Below, piece by piece: positions 6,270-10,911 of a stretch of 10,911 nucleotides of DNA (the stretch's first letter is position 1; each line of letters opens with the position of its first letter). The translations under genes and the position numbers were made by a program. The DNA lies in the IMG/VR virus record IMGVR_UViG_2541047120_000012; one strand, given 5' to 3'. Source of the DNA: a virus. Lineage: Duplodnaviria > Heunggongvirae > Uroviricota > Caudoviricetes. The notes beneath the pieces are model-generated. The model had not been told where the DNA came from. It made no database searches and saw nothing but the letters and a program-made list of their open reading frames with translations.

Positions 6270-9092
6270 ATGACGGCAGAGTACATCAGGGACTGGCAAC
6301 AACCGCGCCACGCAGTGGGGCGTGAAGGAACGGGGATCCCCGCTCCTGAATCCGCGCTTTCCTCCTGGCTGGATGCCTACCGGGTAGAGAACGAGCGCCG
6401 CCAAGAAATGGCTGATGCGGCGTTCTCCGCAACGCCGCTGGGCAACCTGATTAATAAAAGCCTGGACGCACAGGAAAAACAGGACAAAACCATCACACTG
6501 GCAGGAGACGCCAGAAAACAGGCACGCGGTGCGGTGGATGAAGCCATGGCCTCGCTGCGCCTGCTGCCGTCCTATCTGCGCGATCCGCTTATTCGCCACC
6601 TCTCCTTCCTGCGCAAAAAACAGGAAGCCGATCGTCAGAAAGGCAAAAAGAGCTGGCAGGCTGAACGCTACGCGCGCGGAAACCTGCGCAAAATATTCGA
6701 ACGTCTGGAGCGCACCGATCACCGCTGGCTGACACAGGGTTATCGCTCCCTTGCCGGACGCGAACGCCTGGACGATTTGCTTTACCTGCCGCAGCTCAAC
6801 AAACACCAGATACAGACGCTGGCCACCATGACGGCGGCGATGTTCAGCAGCACCTTCGAAAAACTCTGCGATGGCTTTGGCGCGACCGATGGCGAACTGA
6901 CCATGGATGTAACGCTGAAGGCGTATCAGATGCTGGCCCGCATGGCGTTACACCTGCACGCCATGCCTCCACATTATGACGCACTGACAACAGACAAAGA
7001 CCGGAGGAACGAACCGGACACGGAGCTGCTGCCGGGCGCAATCCTTCGCCTGACCTGTGCGGAATGGTGGAAACGCAAACTGTGGCTGTTACGTTGCGAG
7101 TGGAGAGAAGAACAACTCCGCGCCGCCTGTCTGGTTTCCAGAAAAACATCGCCCTATCTGAGCCAGGACGCGTTAAGCGAGTTTCGCGCACAGCGCGAGA
7201 AAACACGCGATTTCCTGAAAAGTTTCATGCTGGAAAACGAAGACGGGTTCACGATTGATCTCGAGACAGTGTATTACGCGGGAGTAAGTAACCCGGTTCA
7301 CCGTAAGGCAGAAATGATGGCCACCATGAAGGGGCTGGAACTTCTGGCCGAAGCCCGTGGCGACAAAGCGGTGTTTCTGACTGTCACCTGCCCGTCAAAA
7401 TACCACGCTACAACAGAGAACGGTCATCCGAATCCCAAATGGAACGGGGCCACCATGCGCGACTCCAGCGATTACCTGGTTAACACGTTTTTTGCGGCGG
7501 TCCGCAAGAAACTGAACCGCGACGGCCTGCGCTGGTATGGCATCCGCACGGTGGAGCCTCACCATGACGGCACCGTGCACTGGCATATGATGGTCTTTGC
7601 TCATCCGGAAGAAATCGACACCATTGTGTCCCACACCCGCGATATTGCCATTCAGGAAGATCGTCACGAGCTGGGCGATGATATTACTCCGCGCTTTAAG
7701 GCGGAGTATGTCGACGGCTCAAAAGGCACGCCAACCAGCTACATCGCCACCTACATCGGAAAAAACCTGGACAGCCGCGCCGTGGATGGCATCGACCCGA
7801 AAACAGGCAAACCACGCGTTGACCACGAAACCGGAAAATCAATGACCGAGAGCGTGGAACGCGCCATTGGCTGGGCGCGCCTTCACCGGGTCCGCCAGTT
7901 CCAGTTCTTTGGCATCCCCTCCCGTCAGGTGTGGCGTGAACTGCGTCGCCTTGCCAGCCAGATGGCACGCAACCCGGAAGGCCCGCAACGGCTGAAGGAT
8001 GACGCAATGGATGCGGTTCTTGCTGCCGCTGATGCCGGATGTTTTACCACCTACATTGAGAAACAGGGAGGCGTACTTGTTCCACGCAAGGACTACCTGA
8101 TTCGCACCGCCTACGACCTCGCAGATGAGCTGAACGATTACGGCGAACAGAGCGTACAGATTTACGGGATCTGGTCACCACTCATCGGGGAATCCTCCCG
8201 TGTGTGCACGCACCCGGATAACTGGAAGCTGGTAAGACGTAAACCGGGAGTAGAAGACAGCGCCCGCGAAAATGGTTTTGACCTTCAGGGCGGCCCTGCC
8301 GCCCCTTGGACTCGTGGCAATAACTGTCCCCGTGTACAGGAAACGGACAACAACGGGACAGAACAGCCGGAAGAACGGCCAGCACCGTGGCCGCAGCTTC
8401 CTGACGGCGTTGACGTGAACGAATGGATGCGCTCACTGAAACGGCACGAACGCCGGGCGCTGATGCGTTCGCTTCGTGACAAACAGGCAAAAAACAGCAG
8501 TGATGAAATGCAGAGCTGGACACAGAGCCGCAAACAGCAGCGGCCTTTGCCTGATAACCACGAATTACTCGCTAAAGAATGGCGGGAGTCTGCTGAATCT
8601 CTCGGCCTGCATATCGGTGAACAACAGATGCAGCACCTGTTACGGGGCGGCAGTCTGTACGTTGACGGCAGCATCATTGCACCGCAGGGATTTGAAATTG
8701 TACGCAAACCGGATACCCGCCCGGACAGCCGAATCACGCAGCTCTGGCAGCGCCTGAGCCGTAATCATGGCGTAAGCAGCACGGAGATCCGCCATAACCC
8801 GGTCGCCAGCTATCTGGCACAGCTGGGGGCATCAGACCCTGAAGCCGCCGCACGCCTGGCATCCACACTTCAGCAGGACCAGAACACCATGAAAACACCC
8901 GTTACCGTGCTTTCTGACATGCTGCGCGCCATCCGCGACGCAGAGCACGCACAGAGAATCAGTGAAACCACTGAACGCGCCAGCCGCAAAGCAGACCTGC
9001 TGCGGGGTGGCCTGACCAGTGGAAACAAAAAACAGACAGAAACGGGACTCACAAATCCCGTAAATGAGCAAAAAACGCGCCGCGATATATGA
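6270..9092 (+). CDS. Phage P2 GpA-like rolling-circle replication initiation endonuclease (HUH superfamily), 940 aa
   Basis: HUH motif VHWHMMVF (His437/His439, nt 7578-7586) and two-tyrosine active site SYIATYIGK (Tyr491/Tyr495/Lys498, nt 7740-7763), matching the phiX174 A / P2 A YxxxYxxK arrangement. Gene order repressor, cox, small genes, A is that of P2/186. Confidence 0.8.
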   Translation: MTAEYIRDWQQPRHAVGREGTGIPAPESALSSWLDAYRVENERRQEMADAAFSATPLGNLINKSLDAQEKQDKTITLAGDARKQARGAVDEAMASLRLLPSYLRDPLIRHLSFLRKKQEADRQKGKKSWQAERYARGNLRKIFERLERTDHRWLTQGYRSLAGRERLDDLLYLPQLNKHQIQTLATMTAAMFSSTFEKLCDGFGATDGELTMDVTLKAYQMLARMALHLHAMPPHYDALTTDKDRRNEPDTELLPGAILRLTCAEWWKRKLWLLRCEWREEQLRAACLVSRKTSPYLSQDALSEFRAQREKTRDFLKSFMLENEDGFTIDLETVYYAGVSNPVHRKAEMMATMKGLELLAEARGDKAVFLTVTCPSKYHATTENGHPNPKWNGATMRDSSDYLVNTFFAAVRKKLNRDGLRWYGIRTVEPHHDGTVHWHMMVFAHPEEIDTIVSHTRDIAIQEDRHELGDDITPRFKAEYVDGSKGTPTSYIATYIGKNLDSRAVDGIDPKTGKPRVDHETGKSMTESVERAIGWARLHRVRQFQFFGIPSRQVWRELRRLASQMARNPEGPQRLKDDAMDAVLAAADAGCFTTYIEKQGGVLVPRKDYLIRTAYDLADELNDYGEQSVQIYGIWSPLIGESSRVCTHPDNWKLVRRKPGVEDSARENGFDLQGGPAAPWTRGNNCPRVQETDNNGTEQPEERPAPWPQLPDGVDVNEWMRSLKRHERRALMRSLRDKQAKNSSDEMQSWTQSRKQQRPLPDNHELLAKEWRESAESLGLHIGEQQMQHLLRGGSLYVDGSIIAPQGFEIVRKPDTRPDSRITQLWQRLSRNHGVSSTEIRHNPVASYLAQLGASDPEAAARLASTLQQDQNTMKTPVTVLSDMLRAIRDAEHAQRISETTERASRKADLLRGGLTSGNKKQTETGLTNPVNEQKTRRDI

Positions 9093-9140
9093 AGCGCGCA
9101 CAAAACAGGCAAAAGCGGGATTTAAAAATCCTGTAACCGA
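9031..9140. repeat. Two 37-bp direct repeats (9031-9067 and 9104-9140), each with an internal palindrome (CGGGA...TCCCG; GGATTT-AA-AAATCC); candidate parC-like centromere/operator
   Basis: Aligned by eye: AACAG(A/G)CA(G/A)AA(A/G)CGGGA-N5-AAATCC(C/T)GTAA. The first repeat is inside the 3' end of the GpA gene, the second in the 76-bp gap before parM. Confidence 0.4.
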
Positions 9141-9168
9141 TTAATTAATCAACATAAGGAAAAGCGAC

Positions 9169-10128
9169 ATGAAAATTTGTATCGACGACGGCTCCACCAA
9201 CATCAAGCTGGCATGGACTGAGAACGGCGAACGCCGCAACGCCATCAGCCCGAACAGCTTCAAGTCGGAATGGTCTGCGCCATTCGGTGGCACGCAGCCC
9301 GCGAACTACATGCTTGATGGCGTGCGCTATGGTTTTGATCCGGTCAGCGATCGCTTTGTCCAGACGACCGACACGCAATACCAGTACAGCGATGTGAATG
9401 TAATTGCCATTCATCACGCGCTGGTCAAATCAGGCATCACACCACAGGAAGTGGATGTGGTTGTCACCCTGCCACTGAGCGAGTATTTCGATACAAACGC
9501 ACAGCCGGACATGGCCAACATCAACCGCAAAAAAGCGAACGTCATGCGCCCGGTGGAGTACCAGAACGGCGAAGCATTCACTATCCGTAACGTACGGGTT
9601 ATGCCTGAATCCATTCCTGCTGGCTTTAAGGCACTGGCTGACATGAGTCCGTTTGAATCCCTGCTGATTGTGGATTTGGGCGGAACCACGCTGGATGTGG
9701 CAAAGGTTCAGGGGCAACTGGCAGGTATCAGCCAGGTGTTTTGCGATCCACACGTAGGCGTTTCTCTGATGGCCGATGCCGTACTGTCGGTGATGGCCAC
9801 TAACGGTATGCGCACCAGTCACCACATCGCCAATACCATTATCGAACATCGCCATGATGAAGCCTGGCTGCGCCAGCACATCCACAATGACGCGCATTAC
9901 GCCAGCCTGATGGCGGTTATTCGTGAAAAGGAAGAAACACTGAAACAACGCGTGATCCGCGCGCTGGCGGTTTTTTCGGGTTACGGGCGGGTGATGGTTG
10001 TCGGTGGCGGGGCGGAGATTGTGGCAACCGCTATCCGCGAAGCCTGCGGAGTTAATGCGACTTTCATCGCGGACGGGGTGCCACAGTTTGCTCTGGTTAA
10101 TGGGTTGTACGCAATGAACAAGGAGTAA
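9169..10128 (+). CDS. parM: Actin-like plasmid segregation ATPase ParM (StbA family), 319 aa
   Basis: N-terminus [35 protein letters not shown] closely parallels plasmid R1 ParM ([21 protein letters not shown]...ISPNSFKREW), as does [15 protein letters not shown]; later glycine-rich motifs (DLGGTT, VVGGGA). Confidence 0.85.
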   Translation: [319 protein letters not shown]

Positions 10129-10132
10129 ACCA

Positions 10133-10447
10133 ATGACGACACCAACCAGACGGATAAGTTTCTATCTGAAGCCCGCCGCCGTCAAGAGTGAACAGGAGGC
10201 GTGCAATTACCTCGATAGCCTGCCAGCCTCCGAACGCAGCCGCGCGCAACGCGCGGCCTTTCTGGCTGGGCTAGCACTCATAAAGCGCAACCCAGCATTT
10301 GCCTACTGGATGGCCGAATGGCCAGAGGACAACCTCCCCTTCAATACCGTTAGCATCAAGGAAACATACCAGGCTAATCAGCCTAGCGGAGTTGAATGCA
10401 ATTTTTATAAAATAAAAAAGAATATTCAGACCTTATTCCCAGAATAA
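10133..10447 (+). CDS. parR: ParR-like (StbB) centromere-binding adaptor, 104 aa
   Basis: RRISFYLKP...YLDSLPASERSRAQRAAFLAGLALIKRNP parallels R1 ParR (RRTIAFKLNP...LDSIPQGERSRLNRAALTAGLALYRQDP) as recalled. Immediately downstream of parM with RBS AAGGAG. Confidence 0.75.
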   Translation: MTTPTRRISFYLKPAAVKSEQEACNYLDSLPASERSRAQRAAFLAGLALIKRNPAFAYWMAEWPEDNLPFNTVSIKETYQANQPSGVECNFYKIKKNIQTLFPE

Positions 10448-10468
10448 TCTGATAATTGTATGTGAACT

Positions 10469-10911
<443 letters not shown>

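Noticed and set aside
5733-6806. 357-aa minus-strand ORF
   Set aside because: It lies antisense to the well-supported 121-aa gene and the 5' end of the GpA-like gene, its sequence is low-complexity, and it has no RBS context. Long antisense ORFs like this are expected in GC-rich coding DNA. The same reasoning rejects the minus-strand ORFs 6844..7206, 7395..7667, 7696..8007, 8182..8523, 8285..8737, 8832..9112, 9145..9417, 9414..9689 and 9430..9948, which run antisense to GpA or ParM.
6529-8757. Short plus-strand ORFs inside the GpA gene (6529..6732, 7064..7258, 7597..7845, 8476..8757)
   Set aside because: Out-of-frame internal ORFs of the long GpA-like reading frame, whose frame is supported by catalytic motifs.

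Overview
This window reads as a degraded early/immunity-replication region of a P2/186-family (peduovirus-like) prophage or phage-plasmid, bracketed by two inverted partial IS3-family transposase copies. No database search was possible; all family assignments come from motif recognition in the translated ORFs and carry that uncertainty. Left edge: the 3' end of an IS3-family element (1..~422) truncates a P2-type tyrosine integrase before its catalytic domain. The leftward operon runs HTH (XRE-type) repressor, a 216-aa tail-anchored membrane protein, a YebY/DUF2511-like secreted protein, then the dead integrase; the middle two look like an AT-rich moron. The rightward early operon (2526..9092) holds an RHH protein, a Cox-like excisionase/regulator, about nine small unknown proteins including a winged-helix protein and an unannotated 37-aa single-TM peptide, a structured intergenic region, and a 940-aa GpA-like rolling-circle initiator (HUH motif and YxxxYxxK active site). 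Downstream, where P2 carries tin/old, sits a plasmid-type actin-like partition pair (ParM/ParR) preceded by two 37-bp palindrome-containing repeats. The right edge is a frameshifted, truncated IS3-family copy on the minus strand. The most interesting candidates are the repressor-linked moron with a peptide motif shared between the repressor tail and the membrane protein's N-terminus, and the ParMR module attached to a P2-type replication gene. No CRISPR array, tRNA or rRNA was seen.
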